Both the position numbers and the translations under genes were made by a program. A DNA stretch of 64,000 bases from Bacteroidales bacterium (GTDB taxonomy: Bacteria; Bacteroidota; Bacteroidia; Bacteroidales; UBA7960), in contig SLSZ01000018.1 of assembly GCA_007130125.1 (NCBI GenBank), forward strand, positions 4,200-68,199, given 5' to 3'. Positions 19,986-29,860 of the stretch are shown here, one piece after another. Within the stretch, counting starts at the first letter, position 1. Each line of letters starts with the position of its first letter. The notes under the pieces were generated by a model, which saw only the letters and a program-made list of their open reading frames with translations, ran no database searches and was not told the origin of the DNA.

Positions 19986-21077
19986 CTATTTTTCAGAAAC
20001 TTTATCTTTATACCGCTCGATTATAAATTTCTCCAATGAATCTGTCATCTTCTCCATGGAAAAATTGTTCTTTACGTACTGTTGGGCTCTTTTTCCCATT
20101 TCTAAAAATTTATTTTTATTTTGCATAGCATTTATTATGGCTTTAGCCAGTGCATTAGGATTCGCCGGGGGAATTAACCAAGCATACTTTCCTTTATCAC
20201 TAAGCTCTTCAGCACCATTTACACTTGTCATAATTACAGGTTTACCATACGCCATTGCCTCCATGGCAACATTTGGCATACCCTCAAATAATGAAGGATG
20301 TACAAAAAAATCACATCCTTTATAATATGAAACAGGCTGGTCAATATAACCGGCAAAGCAAATCATATTTTCAACACCTTTTTTCTTAGCATAACTAACC
20401 ATCTTAGTTTTGTCTTTACCTTCCCCTATTATGAAAAACAACATATCCGGAAACACTTCTTTTATAATTGGCAAAGCATCTATTAGGTAGAAGTACCCCT
20501 TTTCAGCTACCAAACGCCCAACACACAAGACAATAGTTTTACCCGGGAATAATTCTTTATAATCATAAGCAGTAATATTATCATATATCTTAAGGCCGTT
20601 GTAAATGACCTTTACATAGTCTTGTACTTGAAATCCCTTATTTATATAGAAATCGCAAATTGTTTTGGTATTAGTGATTACACCATCAGCCAACCACCTG
20701 GTCAAGAAAACATGTTTGCGTGCTCTGCCACGTGGAGGAGAACCGCTACGCCTAATAACCAAAGGGTTGCCTCCCCATTTCGAAGCCAGGCCAGCTATAG
20801 CCAGATCACGTCCCTTACTTATAACCACATCAATCTTTTTTTTACGGAAGAATCTGGAAAGCATGTAGGCATGATATAAACTTAAATTACTTACAATATT
20901 AAAAGGGATTGTAGTAAGTTTTTTCTCCTCAGCTTTCTTTACAATAATTGAGTTTGGCTTACTAATTATATATACTTCATGCCCTTTGCTTTTTAGCCCA
21001 GCTGCAGCATTAACAACCCATCTTTCACCGCCGCCATATTTTTTTCTGCCTATTGTATGTACAAATAAAATTCTCAT
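19986..21077 (-). CDS. family-4 (GT-B fold) glycosyltransferase
   Basis: MRILFVHTIG...GGGERW N-terminus and the EX7E region FVHPSLFEGMPNVAMEAMAYGKPVI. I prefer the ATG at 21077, because the longer track ORF would overlap the dapD stop. Confidence 0.85.
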   Translation of the reverse strand: MRILFVHTIGRKKYGGGERWVVNAAAGLKSKGHEVYIISKPNSIIVKKAEEKKLTTIPFNIVSNLSLYHAYMLSRFFRKKKIDVVISKGRDLAIAGLASKWGGNPLVIRRSGSPPRGRARKHVFLTRWLADGVITNTKTICDFYINKGFQVQDYVKVIYNGLKIYDNITAYDYKELFPGKTIVLCVGRLVAEKGYFYLIDALPIIKEVFPDMLFFIIGEGKDKTKMVSYAKKKGVENMICFAGYIDQPVSYYKGCDFFVHPSLFEGMPNVAMEAMAYGKPVIMTSVNGAEELSDKGKYAWLIPPANPNALAKAIINAMQNKNKFLEMGKRAQQYVKNNFSMEKMTDSLEKFIIERYKDKVSEK

Positions 21078-21099
21078 TACAGTGCGATAATAATATTTT

Positions 21100-21915
21100 T
21101 TAAGCCGACACACCAAACTCCCTCAAAGCTTCATTAAGTGATGTTTTCAGATCCGTTGATTTTTTCCTTTCACCGATAATAAGAGCACAGGGAACCTGGT
21201 ATTCACCGGCAGGGAATTTTTTGGTATAGGAGCCCGGAATAACAACCTTTCTTTGCGGCACCTCAGCTTCATAGTATATAGGAACGTTTCCGGTAACATC
21301 TATTATTTTTGTTGACCTGGTGATAACCACATTAGCACCAAGAACTGCTTCTTTGCCTATTCTTGTACCTTCAACAATAATTGAGCGTGAACCAATAAAA
21401 CAGCCATCTTCAATAATTACCGGGGCTGCCTGTAAAGGCTCCAAGACTCCTCCAACTCCCACTCCACCGCTTAAGTGCACGTTTTTGCCAATCTGCGCAC
21501 AAGAGCCAACAGTAGCCCATGTATCAACCATAGTACCTTCATCAACATAAGCACCTATATTAACATAGGAAGGCATCATAATAACACCTGATGCCAAAAA
21601 AGAGCCGTAACGGGCTATAGCATGCGGCACAACACGCGCACCAATATCAGAATAATTCTTCTTCATGGGTATTTTATCATAAAACTCAAATAAACCACTC
21701 TTCAGTGTTTGCATCTCAGAAACCCTGAAGTACATTACCACAGCCTTTTTCACCCATTGGTTAACCTGCCATTTGCCGGAAATTGGCTCAGCAACACGCA
21801 CATCTCCCCTGTCTAGCATATCAATAACCTTTATAACAACATTCTTGTACTTGCTGTCCTTTAAAAGACCAATATCATCCCAAGCCTTGTTAATTAAACT
21901 CTCTAAATCTTTCAT
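21100..21915 (-). CDS. dapD: 2,3,4,5-tetrahydropyridine-2,6-dicarboxylate N-succinyltransferase
   Basis: 271 aa with hexapeptide repeats (IGKNVHLSGGVGVGGVLEP...IIEDGCFIGSRS) and a DapD-type N-terminal helical domain. Confidence 0.88.
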   Translation of the reverse strand: MKDLESLINKAWDDIGLLKDSKYKNVVIKVIDMLDRGDVRVAEPISGKWQVNQWVKKAVVMYFRVSEMQTLKSGLFEFYDKIPMKKNYSDIGARVVPHAIARYGSFLASGVIMMPSYVNIGAYVDEGTMVDTWATVGSCAQIGKNVHLSGGVGVGGVLEPLQAAPVIIEDGCFIGSRSIIVEGTRIGKEAVLGANVVITRSTKIIDVTGNVPIYYEAEVPQRKVVIPGSYTKKFPAGEYQVPCALIIGERKKSTDLKTSLNEALREFGVSA

Positions 21916-21953
21916 GTCTACGGAATCCTTTAAACATTAATATATTTTTTCAG

Positions 21954-21961
21954 CAAAAATA
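21954..21961 (-). promoter_or_regulatory. candidate -7 box (TATTTTTG) for dapD
   Basis: TAnnTTTG match on the minus strand, 39 nt upstream of the ATG at 21915. Confidence 0.4.
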
Positions 21962-22043
21962 TACTATATATCGAACATTTGCACAATTACTTAAAAAAAC
22001 GATTAATTCTTATAATTCTTTTTTTTGATTTGCGAATCATGAT

Positions 22044-22051
22044 TATATTTG
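22044..22051 (+). promoter_or_regulatory. candidate -7 box (TATATTTG)
   Basis: TAnnTTTG match 86 nt upstream of the ATG at 22137. Confidence 0.35.
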
Positions 22052-22136
22052 AACCGTTCTAACAAAGGCATATAAGTTATCATGCAAAAATCAAAACATT
22101 GAGTTTACTTTTTTAAGTTCTAGTTATAATAAGGAT

Positions 22137-22850
22137 ATGGCAGATACAAATAAAAAACCGCAAACTACATTAATTGAAAAAGCATGGAAAAAATTTTTCA
22201 AAAAGAATTACAATGATTCGCAGGCGGTTTTTACCAAAATCATTGAGAATGAAAAGAACAGCGATGCGCTTTATGGCAGGGCATGCGTATATTTTAAAAT
22301 GAAGGAGTATGAAAGCTCTTTACATGACCTGAACCAATTTCTTAAGAAAGAACCAAAAAGCCATAAAGGATTTCATCTGAGAGGATTGGTCAAAGGAAGC
22401 CTTAATAATACAAACCAGGCACTATCCGACATTGAAAAATCAATTGAAATAAACCCTGACTATGCTGATGGATATTACGATATGGGGGGATGTTATCTTT
22501 TACTTAAAGAATATCAAAAAGCATACGATTGCTTTGAGAGATGCCTGTCAAGAGATAATAACAGCGCAAAAGCATGGTTTGGAAAAGGAATGGCTTCTTT
22601 GCTTAAAAAAGAATATAATAAGGCTATTGAATATTTTACAATTGCAATAAAACTGGATAAAAAGTTTGTTCTTGCCATACTAGGTCGTTGCGAAGCTTTC
22701 AATTCAATTGGGAAAAAGAAAGAAGCACAAAAAGATTTCAAAAAAGCAAAAAAACTAAACCCTGTTTTTTTTGAAGATGAATTAAACAAGCAGAAAAATG
22801 ATGATTATTATGATGAAAAAGAAATTGAGGATTTTCTGTTTGATGATTAA
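22137..22850 (+). CDS. tetratricopeptide-repeat protein
   Basis: Several 34-residue repeats fit the TPR pattern (A..Y.G.cY..l.eY..A...F...l..dp). The C-terminus is acidic. Confidence 0.7.
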   Translation: MADTNKKPQTTLIEKAWKKFFKKNYNDSQAVFTKIIENEKNSDALYGRACVYFKMKEYESSLHDLNQFLKKEPKSHKGFHLRGLVKGSLNNTNQALSDIEKSIEINPDYADGYYDMGGCYLLLKEYQKAYDCFERCLSRDNNSAKAWFGKGMASLLKKEYNKAIEYFTIAIKLDKKFVLAILGRCEAFNSIGKKKEAQKDFKKAKKLNPVFFEDELNKQKNDDYYDEKEIEDFLFDD

Positions 22851-22920
22851 TTCTCTCCCGGAAGTATAAAAAATTAAACTTCATATAACAATAATCGTTT
22901 CCTGCAATAAAAATTTTTAC

Positions 22921-22928
22921 TATCTTTG
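22921..22928 (+). promoter_or_regulatory. candidate -7 box (TATCTTTG) for the rpsF operon
   Basis: TAnnTTTG match 75 nt upstream of the rpsF ATG. Confidence 0.45.
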
Positions 22929-23002
22929 CCCTCCGTTTTCTATAAATAATAGAAAGCTTGAAAATTAATTAAATGTAGTATTAATTATTAATTAACAAAA
23001 AA

Positions 23003-23416
23003 ATGCAAAAACAGTACGAAACCGTTTTCATTATGACTCCCGTTTTATCTGATGAACAGATGAAGGAAGCGGTAAGTAAATTTCAAGACTATTTGAAAAA
23101 AAATGGTGCCGAAATTATTTATGAAAATCCTTGGGGACTTCGCAAATTAGCATACCCAATACAAAAAAAATCAACAGGTTTTTACCATTTGATCGAGTTT
23201 AAAGCTGACCCCCAATTAATTGCTAAGCTTGAACTTGAATTTAAACGTGATGAAAGAGTAATCCGTTTTCTGACAGTAGCACTTGACAAACATGCTATAG
23301 CTTACAACGAGAAGAAAAGAACACAAAAAGACAAAGCTGAAGAAAAGAAGGAAGAAAAGCCTGAAGAGAAATCTGAAGCAAAAGAGAAACCTGAAGTAAA
23401 AGAAAAATCTAATTAA
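23003..23416 (+). CDS. rpsF: 30S ribosomal protein S6
   Basis: YETVFIMTP...[10 protein letters not shown] signature, with a Lys/Glu-rich C-terminal extension. Confidence 0.95.
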   Translation: MQKQYETVFIMTPVLSDEQMKEAVSKFQDYLKKNGAEIIYENPWGLRKLAYPIQKKSTGFYHLIEFKADPQLIAKLELEFKRDERVIRFLTVALDKHAIAYNEKKRTQKDKAEEKKEEKPEEKSEAKEKPEVKEKSN

Positions 23417-23439
23417 CGAATTTCAAAAATAAATTTCAT

Positions 23440-23712
23440 ATGGCACAACAACAAAATTCAGAAATAAGATATCTGGCACCCATAGCGGTGGATATAAAAA
23501 AGAAAAAGTACTGCCGGTTTAAAAAATCAGGCATAAAATATATTGATTATAAAGATGCAAACTTTCTATTAAAATTTGTGAACGAGCAGGGGAAAATTCT
23601 TCCCAGGCGTGTAACAGGTACATCAGTAAAATACCAGAAAAAAGTATCTCAAGCTATTAAGCGCGCCAGACACCTTGCTTTATTACCATATGTTACTGAC
23701 CTATTAAAATAA
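23440..23712 (+). CDS. rpsR: 30S ribosomal protein S18
   Basis: KKYCRF...IDYKD...[18 protein letters not shown]...[19 protein letters not shown]. Confidence 0.95.
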   Translation: MAQQQNSEIRYLAPIAVDIKKKKYCRFKKSGIKYIDYKDANFLLKFVNEQGKILPRRVTGTSVKYQKKVSQAIKRARHLALLPYVTDLLK

Positions 23713-23724
23713 GGAGGCTAAAAG

Positions 23725-24174
23725 ATGGAAATTATTTTAAAACAAGACATACCAAACCTGGGTTTTAAAGATGATATAATAACCGTGAAAGACGGTTATG
23801 CCCGAAACTACCTGATACCAAAAGGATATGCCGTAATGGCCATAGGTGCTGAAAGGAAAGTATTAGCTGAAGTTCTTAAGCAAAGAGCTTTTAAAGAAGA
23901 AAAGATTAAGAAAGAAGCTGAAAAAATAGCTGAGAAAATTCAGGATGCAAAGCTTAAAATTGGTGCAAAAGCTGGTACCTCTGGAAAAATATTCGGCTCA
24001 GTGAATCCTTTGCAAATCTCAGAAGCTCTTAAGGAACAATATGATGTTGATATTGACCGCAAAAAAATATTGATTGACGGAGATTCGATTAAAGAAGTTG
24101 GTGAATATAAAGCAAAAATAAATTTGCATAAAGACGTTCGCATTGATATTAAATTTGAGGTGCATGCCGAATAA
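23725..24174 (+). CDS. rplI: 50S ribosomal protein L9
   Basis: MEIILKQDIPNLG...VKDGYARNYLIPKG. AGGAGG lies 7 nt upstream of the ATG. Confidence 0.95.
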   Translation: MEIILKQDIPNLGFKDDIITVKDGYARNYLIPKGYAVMAIGAERKVLAEVLKQRAFKEEKIKKEAEKIAEKIQDAKLKIGAKAGTSGKIFGSVNPLQISEALKEQYDVDIDRKKILIDGDSIKEVGEYKAKINLHKDVRIDIKFEVHAE

Positions 24175-24225
24175 TTAATAAGTGCAAAGTTTTATTACAG
24201 CTTTTTCATAGTATAATTTACACTT

Positions 24226-24274
24226 ATCGTGCAAAATGATTTTACAGCTATATCGTTTTGCACGATATTTTTTT
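24226..24274 (+). terminator. rho-independent terminator of the rpsF-rpsR-rplI operon
   Basis: Perfect 11-bp inverted repeat atcgtgcaaaa (24226-24236) / ttttgcacgat (24256-24266) followed by attttttt. Confidence 0.7.
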
Positions 24275-24327
24275 ATGTAAATTGCACCTTAATTCGAATT
24301 TTTATATATCCTGTTTGCACAATAGAT

Positions 24328-25092
24328 ATGTTGACAAAAAACCAGGCAAAGAAAATTCGTTCTCTTGGTATCAAAAAATACCGTGAACGGTACGGTGAGT
24401 TTATAGCTGAAGGTGATAAAATAATCAAGGAATTGATCAACAGCAACCTTCAAATAAACAGCATATATGCAACGCCGACCTGGATTGAGAAGAATAAGAA
24501 TTTTTTATCCTCACACCTGACCATTGTATCACTAACCCCAAGCCAACTTAAAAACATAAGTCAACAAACAACCCCTAACCAAGCTCTTGCTTTAGTAAAT
24601 ATACCCCAACAAAAGCAAATTCCTGATCCACAGAACAAGGTTACCTTGCTTATTGAAAACATTCAGGATCCGGGAAACCTGGGCACCATAATAAGAACTG
24701 CTGAATGGTTTGGAATAAACAATATAATTTGCTCTGGAGATACCGTTGACCTTTACAATCCAAAAGTCATTCAGGCAACTATGGGTTCATTCTGCAGAAT
24801 AAACATATTCTACACAAACATTATTAATTACCTGAATATGCATAAAAACAAAGTCCCGGTTTACGGAGCCGTGCTTAACGGACAAAATGCTTTCAAACAA
24901 AAATTTCAAAAAAATGCAATACTCGTTGTTGGTAATGAATCCAAAGGAATTTCAGTTGAAGTAGAAAATTTTATCACTCATAAAGTAACAATACCTCCCT
25001 ATGACTCTGATAATGAATTAAAGCCCGACTCATTAAACGCCTCAGTGGCTGCGGCAATATTAATGTCTTTATTCAGAATGAATACTGATTAA
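24328..25092 (+). CDS. TrmH/SpoU-family RNA 2'-O-methyltransferase
   Basis: IQDPGNLGTIIRTAEWFG, VVGNESKGIS and LNASVAAAIL are SpoU-MTase motifs. I prefer the ATG at 24328 (MLTKNQAKKIRSL), because the longer track ORF runs through the rplI terminator hairpin. Confidence 0.8.
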   Translation: MLTKNQAKKIRSLGIKKYRERYGEFIAEGDKIIKELINSNLQINSIYATPTWIEKNKNFLSSHLTIVSLTPSQLKNISQQTTPNQALALVNIPQQKQIPDPQNKVTLLIENIQDPGNLGTIIRTAEWFGINNIICSGDTVDLYNPKVIQATMGSFCRINIFYTNIINYLNMHKNKVPVYGAVLNGQNAFKQKFQKNAILVVGNESKGISVEVENFITHKVTIPPYDSDNELKPDSLNASVAAAILMSLFRMNTD

Positions 25093-25330
25093 GCTACTAT
25101 CTGAAAATTAGTTGTCCATAAAAATTTTAAACCTAACAAGATATAAAACAACTACTCACCAGTTGATATACCAACTTTTTAGTAATTGTCAAGTTTATAT
25201 GTTTTTTATTTTTCAAATTTTTTATTAAACAAAAACCACGTTATATATGTTTCTATTTACATACTTTGCCGTTTGTATATTTTTTGTTTTTGTATTTGCC
25301 GGTAACTATATTTAAAAACTACTAATACAT

Positions 25331-25735
25331 ATGCCACTTATTCAATGGAATAACGATTTATACAGTGTAAAAATCGAGAGTATTGATAAACACCACCAAA
25401 CTCTGATAAGTCTTATCAATCAATTGCATGAAGCAATGCGTGAAGGCAATGCAAAGGAGATCATGGACGGTATTTTACATGAGCTCAATGATTACACCAT
25501 TTATCACTTCAATGCCGAAGAAGATCTAATGCGTTCGCATAACTATCCTATGGAGGAATATACATTTCACAAGGAACAACATGAGGAGTTTAAATTTAAA
25601 TTAAGCGAGCTTGTTGAAAAATACCAAAATGAGGAAATACTTATTAGTATTGAGACTTCTAAATTTTTGAAAGAATGGCTAGTCAACCATATTCAAAAAG
25701 TAGATAAGAAAATAGCAGGAATTATTAATTATTAG
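25331..25735 (+). CDS. hemerythrin-like (bacteriohemerythrin) metal-binding protein
   Basis: IQWNNDLYSVKIESIDKHHQTLISLINQL, HFNAEEDLM, HKEQHEEF and WLVNHIQKVDKK give the His/Glu/Asp ligand spacing typical of hemerythrins. Confidence 0.8.
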   Translation: MPLIQWNNDLYSVKIESIDKHHQTLISLINQLHEAMREGNAKEIMDGILHELNDYTIYHFNAEEDLMRSHNYPMEEYTFHKEQHEEFKFKLSELVEKYQNEEILISIETSKFLKEWLVNHIQKVDKKIAGIINY

Positions 25736-25763
25736 CCAAATTGATAAACCCACAACTTAAACA

Positions 25764-26048
25764 TTACTTTTCAAGCTGGTTAATTTTCTCGAAGGCATCA
25801 TTTGCTTTGCTAATAAGCTCATTGTGTATCTCGCGATAGTATGACTTCTTTGTCTTATTGTTAAAGTTTTCAGGAGGGTTGTTGACTTTGTCAATCATTT
25901 TGTTTCTAAATTCAACGATCTCTTCTATTAACTCGTCAATTTTTTTTCGCTTATCGTTTTTAACAATATAATAATACAAAAAACAATTACCTATAATTTC
26001 GTCTATAAGATAATTTATATCTTTCTTTAAATCTCTGATACTTGCCAT
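25764..26048 (-). CDS. small hypothetical helical protein
   Basis: 94-aa ORF, Lys/Glu-rich, no recognisable motif. Confidence 0.35.
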   Translation of the reverse strand: MASIRDLKKDINYLIDEIIGNCFLYYYIVKNDKRKKIDELIEEIVEFRNKMIDKVNNPPENFNNKTKKSYYREIHNELISKANDAFEKINQLEK

Positions 26049-26079
26049 CTTTATTATTTATTTTTGCTTAAAAATTTAA

Positions 26080-26358
26080 TTATAATATCATTAGGTTATT
26101 GATCTTTTCAGCTTTTTTATAAATTGCCACAACTTGCTCTACATCATGCATTTTATCTTTTACGGTTATCGACAGATATTTTCCTTTTTTTGATTCTTTA
26201 CGATAAATTGTTGCATTATCATCAAACAAACTCTCAACCTGTGCCATGATCTTGTTATCTGCCGGCATAATAAACTTGAACATATATATGTTGGGCCATT
26301 TGTTTTGCTTTTCAAGTTTTTCTCTCAAGCCGTTGTATTTCTCATCGGACAATGTCAT
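26080..26358 (-). CDS. DUF493 (YbeD-like) family protein
   Basis: WPNIYMFKFIMPADN...KKGKYLSITV...VEQVVAIYKKAEKINNLMIL mirrors the YbeD pattern (FP..Y.fKV.G ... S.kG.Y.S.t ... eqv..iY ... v.MVL). Confidence 0.6.
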   Translation of the reverse strand: MTLSDEKYNGLREKLEKQNKWPNIYMFKFIMPADNKIMAQVESLFDDNATIYRKESKKGKYLSITVKDKMHDVEQVVAIYKKAEKINNLMIL

Positions 26359-26372
26359 CTATAACAAAATTA

Positions 26373-26837
26373 CTACAAAAAATCTATCAATTCAATGTAA
26401 TATACCACCACATTGCTTGTTTGGTAAGGATTATAATAATGATCAGCAAAAGTCAATGCTGTTGGAATTATTAAAATTCCTTCGCCTCCACGCTTAAAAA
26501 GAGGTATACCAATTCTCAGGCCTTCCATTTCATTGGAAAGATTAAGAGTAAAATTCTGATTTTGCGAAATGAGGTCACCGTTCAACCGGGTAGATTTATA
26601 AGTGATCTCCACAAAAGAATCTGAAGTTGGATTATCTCCACTACCCTCCTCTTCAATAACGTAATATAAACCCGAAGGATGGCGTTCTGCATCCAGGTCA
26701 TTTTCTTCTATGAATTTTTGAATTTTTTTTTCATCTTCTTCGGCAATCTTGTCAAGATCATACTTATCTTCACAGCTGACAAAAAGAAAGCCAAAAAAGA
26801 GAAGGAAACAAATAAATGCAGGTGGTTTTATCATCAT
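26373..26837 (-). CDS. FKBP-type peptidyl-prolyl isomerase-like lipoprotein
   Basis: Lipobox FVSC. SGLYYVIEEEGSG...VEITYKSTRLNGDLI...GLRIGIPLFKRGGEGILIIP...VVVYYIELIDF follows FKBP-domain strand order. Catalytic competence is unknown. Confidence 0.5.
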   Translation of the reverse strand: MMIKPPAFICFLLFFGFLFVSCEDKYDLDKIAEEDEKKIQKFIEENDLDAERHPSGLYYVIEEEGSGDNPTSDSFVEITYKSTRLNGDLISQNQNFTLNLSNEMEGLRIGIPLFKRGGEGILIIPTALTFADHYYNPYQTSNVVVYYIELIDFL

Positions 26838-26958
26838 CTTTTAGCAAAATAACTCAATATAAATTCCAAACTTTTTTTTACAAAAGTACTAATTAATGTA
26901 ATAATTTCAAGATAAATAAAACCTTGTTGTTATATTATAACCGTCAACCTGCAATTAA

Positions 26959-28506
26959 TTAATCAACATTATCGTGCAAAAACGAGTTATTTGATTTGAT
27001 TTTAACGTTCTTATCTTTATCTACGTCAAGTGTATAATGAGAGACATGTGTATCAGAACTGGAAGGCACTTTATTCAACACTACGTTTCTCCTTATAAAA
27101 GCAGGCTCATTTTCAACATCCTTTAGTCCTTCCGGTGTTTTAAGTTTAAGGCTAAGATCTCTTAATCTTTTTTCGCGTTCATAGGCTCGTTCCTGCAGTT
27201 GTTTCTCAGTAAAAGTTATTTCATTTTTATCCTCCTGATCAGAATTTTTATCATCTTTTTTTGTATTATTCTCATCCAAGCTTTCTGTATTTGTTTTGTC
27301 AAGGTCAAATTCGATCACGGGGTTTTTCCTTTTTATAATATCATCTTCATTAGCTTGGTTTTTCTTCTTTTTTTGTATCTCGCTTCTGCTTACAACTTTT
27401 ATTTCATTTGCTGCTTCATCTGTTGCCTCGGTGGGTTTCTCCGTTTTCTGGCTTGATCGAGTCTTTTGCGGTTCAAGCACCACTACTTTTTTCTCTTTTT
27501 CTTCGTTCTCAAAGTCATACCCAAATTTTGTGTTTGCATCAAATCCTGTTGCAACAAGGGTAACACTAATTTTGTTAACCAGGTTTTCGTCTTTCCCGAG
27601 GCCCCAGATAATTTCGGCATTTGAGCCGGCTTCAGTCTGAATATAATCAGTTACTTCAGTAATCTCGTCCATCAGTGCTTCTTCCTTACCGCTGGTAATA
27701 TTAAGCAATATATTGCTTGCACCTCTGATATCGTTATCATTAAGCAAAGGTGAAGCAAGGGCAGTTTCAACAGCTTTAACAGCCCTGTTTTCGCCTTCAG
27801 CTGTACCACTACCCATAATAGCAACCCCACTGTTGGACATAACGGTTTTAACATCTGCGAAATCAACGTTAATATAACCTGTCCTGGTAATAATTTCTGC
27901 AATGCCTTTAGCTGCGGTAGTAAGAACATTATCTGCCTTACCAAAAGCTTCAGTTACTGAAAGATTTCCGTAAAGTTCACGCAGTTTGTCATTACAGATA
28001 ATAATTAACGTATCAACATTTTCTTTTAGCTGTTTTATACCTTCATCTGCTTGCATTTTACGTTTTCGACCCTCAAATGCAAACGGCAGGGTAACTATAC
28101 CAACGGTAAGTATCCCAAGCTCTTTAGCTGCTTCGGCTACAACGGGTGTAGCCCCGGTACCTGTACCGCCGCCCATTCCGGCTGTAATAAAGATCATTTT
28201 GCTGTTTTTCTCCAGCACTTCTTTAACATTATCAATATCTTCAAGGGCAGCATTTCTTCCGACCTCAGGCAAACTGCCAGCTCCCCTGCCCTCGGTAAGG
28301 GCCGCTCCCAATTGTATTTTATTTGGAACGGGACTTTGTTGCAAGGCTTGCGAATCGGTGTTGCAAACAATAAAATCAACACCTTCAATGCCCTGCCTGA
28401 ACATGTGGTTTACAGCATTGCTGCCACCACCGCCAATCCCTAATACCTTGATTATGGATGACTGGTTTTTGGGTAAATCAAATTTTATCATAGTATCTTT
28501 ATTCAT
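26959..28506 (-). CDS. ftsZ: cell division GTPase FtsZ
   Basis: GIGGGGSNAVNHM and GMGGGTGTGATPV tubulin signature. There is a long Lys/Glu/Asp-rich linker, a conserved EPAFIRRN peptide, and about 40 further residues ending in SFLHDNVD. Confidence 0.97.
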   Translation of the reverse strand: MNKDTMIKFDLPKNQSSIIKVLGIGGGGSNAVNHMFRQGIEGVDFIVCNTDSQALQQSPVPNKIQLGAALTEGRGAGSLPEVGRNAALEDIDNVKEVLEKNSKMIFITAGMGGGTGTGATPVVAEAAKELGILTVGIVTLPFAFEGRKRKMQADEGIKQLKENVDTLIIICNDKLRELYGNLSVTEAFGKADNVLTTAAKGIAEIITRTGYINVDFADVKTVMSNSGVAIMGSGTAEGENRAVKAVETALASPLLNDNDIRGASNILLNITSGKEEALMDEITEVTDYIQTEAGSNAEIIWGLGKDENLVNKISVTLVATGFDANTKFGYDFENEEKEKKVVVLEPQKTRSSQKTEKPTEATDEAANEIKVVSRSEIQKKKKNQANEDDIIKRKNPVIEFDLDKTNTESLDENNTKKDDKNSDQEDKNEITFTEKQLQERAYEREKRLRDLSLKLKTPEGLKDVENEPAFIRRNVVLNKVPSSSDTHVSHYTLDVDKDKNVKIKSNNSFLHDNVD

Positions 28507-28582
28507 TTTTATTCAATTTTATTTGTAAGCTATATAAATTTATCTTTAAACTTATATTCAATATTAGCAACAGTGCCTGTTA

Positions 28583-29845
28583 TCAGGTGTTACTGTCCTC
28601 ATCTTCAAAAAACTGTTTTATCCTGGACAAAAATCCGTTTTTAAAATTTCTACCCTGCGTGACAATACCCTGTTTCTTTTTCTTTTTATTTTCAATATTT
28701 TGAAACCCTTTAATAACAAGTCCTACACCGGTTGCATGCATGGGGCTTCCTGTTTCGCCTGTTAAATTTTGTGCAAGATGTTCATTTGGATACCCTATCC
28801 TGGTATCCATACCTGTGATAAACTCCGCAAGTTGTGCTGCATGTTTAAGCTGGCTTCCTCCACCGGTAAGAACGACCCCTGCAATAAGTTTTTTTTCAAA
28901 TCCTGAAGTTTTTATCTCGTAATAAACATGCTCAATTATATCTTCCATTCTTGCCTGTATTATATGAGCGAGGTTTCGCAATGATATCTCTTTTGGTTCA
29001 CGGCCCTTAAGTCCTGGTATTGAAACTATTTCATCATCCTTATTTTCGCTTGCAAGAGAAGAGCCAAACCCTGTTTTCAATGCTTCAGCCTGGCTTCTTA
29101 TAATAGAACATCCTTCTTTTATATCTTCAGTGATTATATTACCGCCAAGGGGTATTACCGCAGTATGGCGAATGATATTATCCTGGAAAATAGCTATATC
29201 GGTTGTACCGCCTCCTATATCAACCAGCACAACGCCGGCTTCTTTTTCTTCCTTGCTTAGAACAGCTTCTGCCGAGGCAAGCGGTTCCAAAATCATTTCA
29301 GTAATCTCAAGACCCGCTTTAGTAGCACATTTTTCAATGTTCTTAGCAGCAGCCACTTGTCCGGTTATTATATGGAAGTTAGCCTCAAGACATATACCTG
29401 ACATTCCTATTGGCTCACGAATACCCTGTTCATTATCAATAATGTACTCTTGTGGAATGACATGGATAATTTCTTCACCGGGTGGCAATACAAGCTTATA
29501 CATGTTTTCAATAAGCATATCAATATCCTGCTGACCTATCTCTTCTTCTATGCTGTTACGAATAATATTTCCCCGATGCTGAAGGCTACGTATGTGTTGC
29601 CCTGCTATACCTGCATTAACTACCTTAATTGCAACACCCGACTGTTGTTCAGCTTCTTTTACAGCAGCACGCATTGAATCAACAGTATGTTGGATGTTTG
29701 ACACTACTCCCCTGCTAACACCAAGGGAATTGCTTTTGCCCAATCCAAGGATCTCAATCTTTCCATATTCATTTTTTCTTCCTACTATGCAAGCAATTTT
29801 TGTTGAACCGATATCTAGTCCAACTATTAGTTCTGATGATGTCAT
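28583..29845 (-). CDS. ftsA: cell division protein FtsA
   Basis: Actin-fold motifs (VGLDIGSTKI, VLVDIGGGTTDIAIF, VVLTGGGSQL) and a C-terminal amphipathic segment. Confidence 0.95.
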   Translation of the reverse strand: MTSSELIVGLDIGSTKIACIVGRKNEYGKIEILGLGKSNSLGVSRGVVSNIQHTVDSMRAAVKEAEQQSGVAIKVVNAGIAGQHIRSLQHRGNIIRNSIEEEIGQQDIDMLIENMYKLVLPPGEEIIHVIPQEYIIDNEQGIREPIGMSGICLEANFHIITGQVAAAKNIEKCATKAGLEITEMILEPLASAEAVLSKEEKEAGVVLVDIGGGTTDIAIFQDNIIRHTAVIPLGGNIITEDIKEGCSIIRSQAEALKTGFGSSLASENKDDEIVSIPGLKGREPKEISLRNLAHIIQARMEDIIEHVYYEIKTSGFEKKLIAGVVLTGGGSQLKHAAQLAEFITGMDTRIGYPNEHLAQNLTGETGSPMHATGVGLVIKGFQNIENKKKKKQGIVTQGRNFKNGFLSRIKQFFEDEDSNT

Positions 29846-29860
29846 ATATTTATTGTTTTT

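Noticed and set aside
27986-28528. 180-aa plus-strand ORF, and similar long antisense ORFs at 28051-28443, 29130-29534, 51971-52414, 55287-55703 and 56324-56863
   Set aside because: All lie completely inside strongly supported genes on the opposite strand (ftsZ, ftsA, the receptor-like barrel, the amidase, the aminotransferase). Their translations are compositionally odd with no motifs, typical of shadow ORFs.
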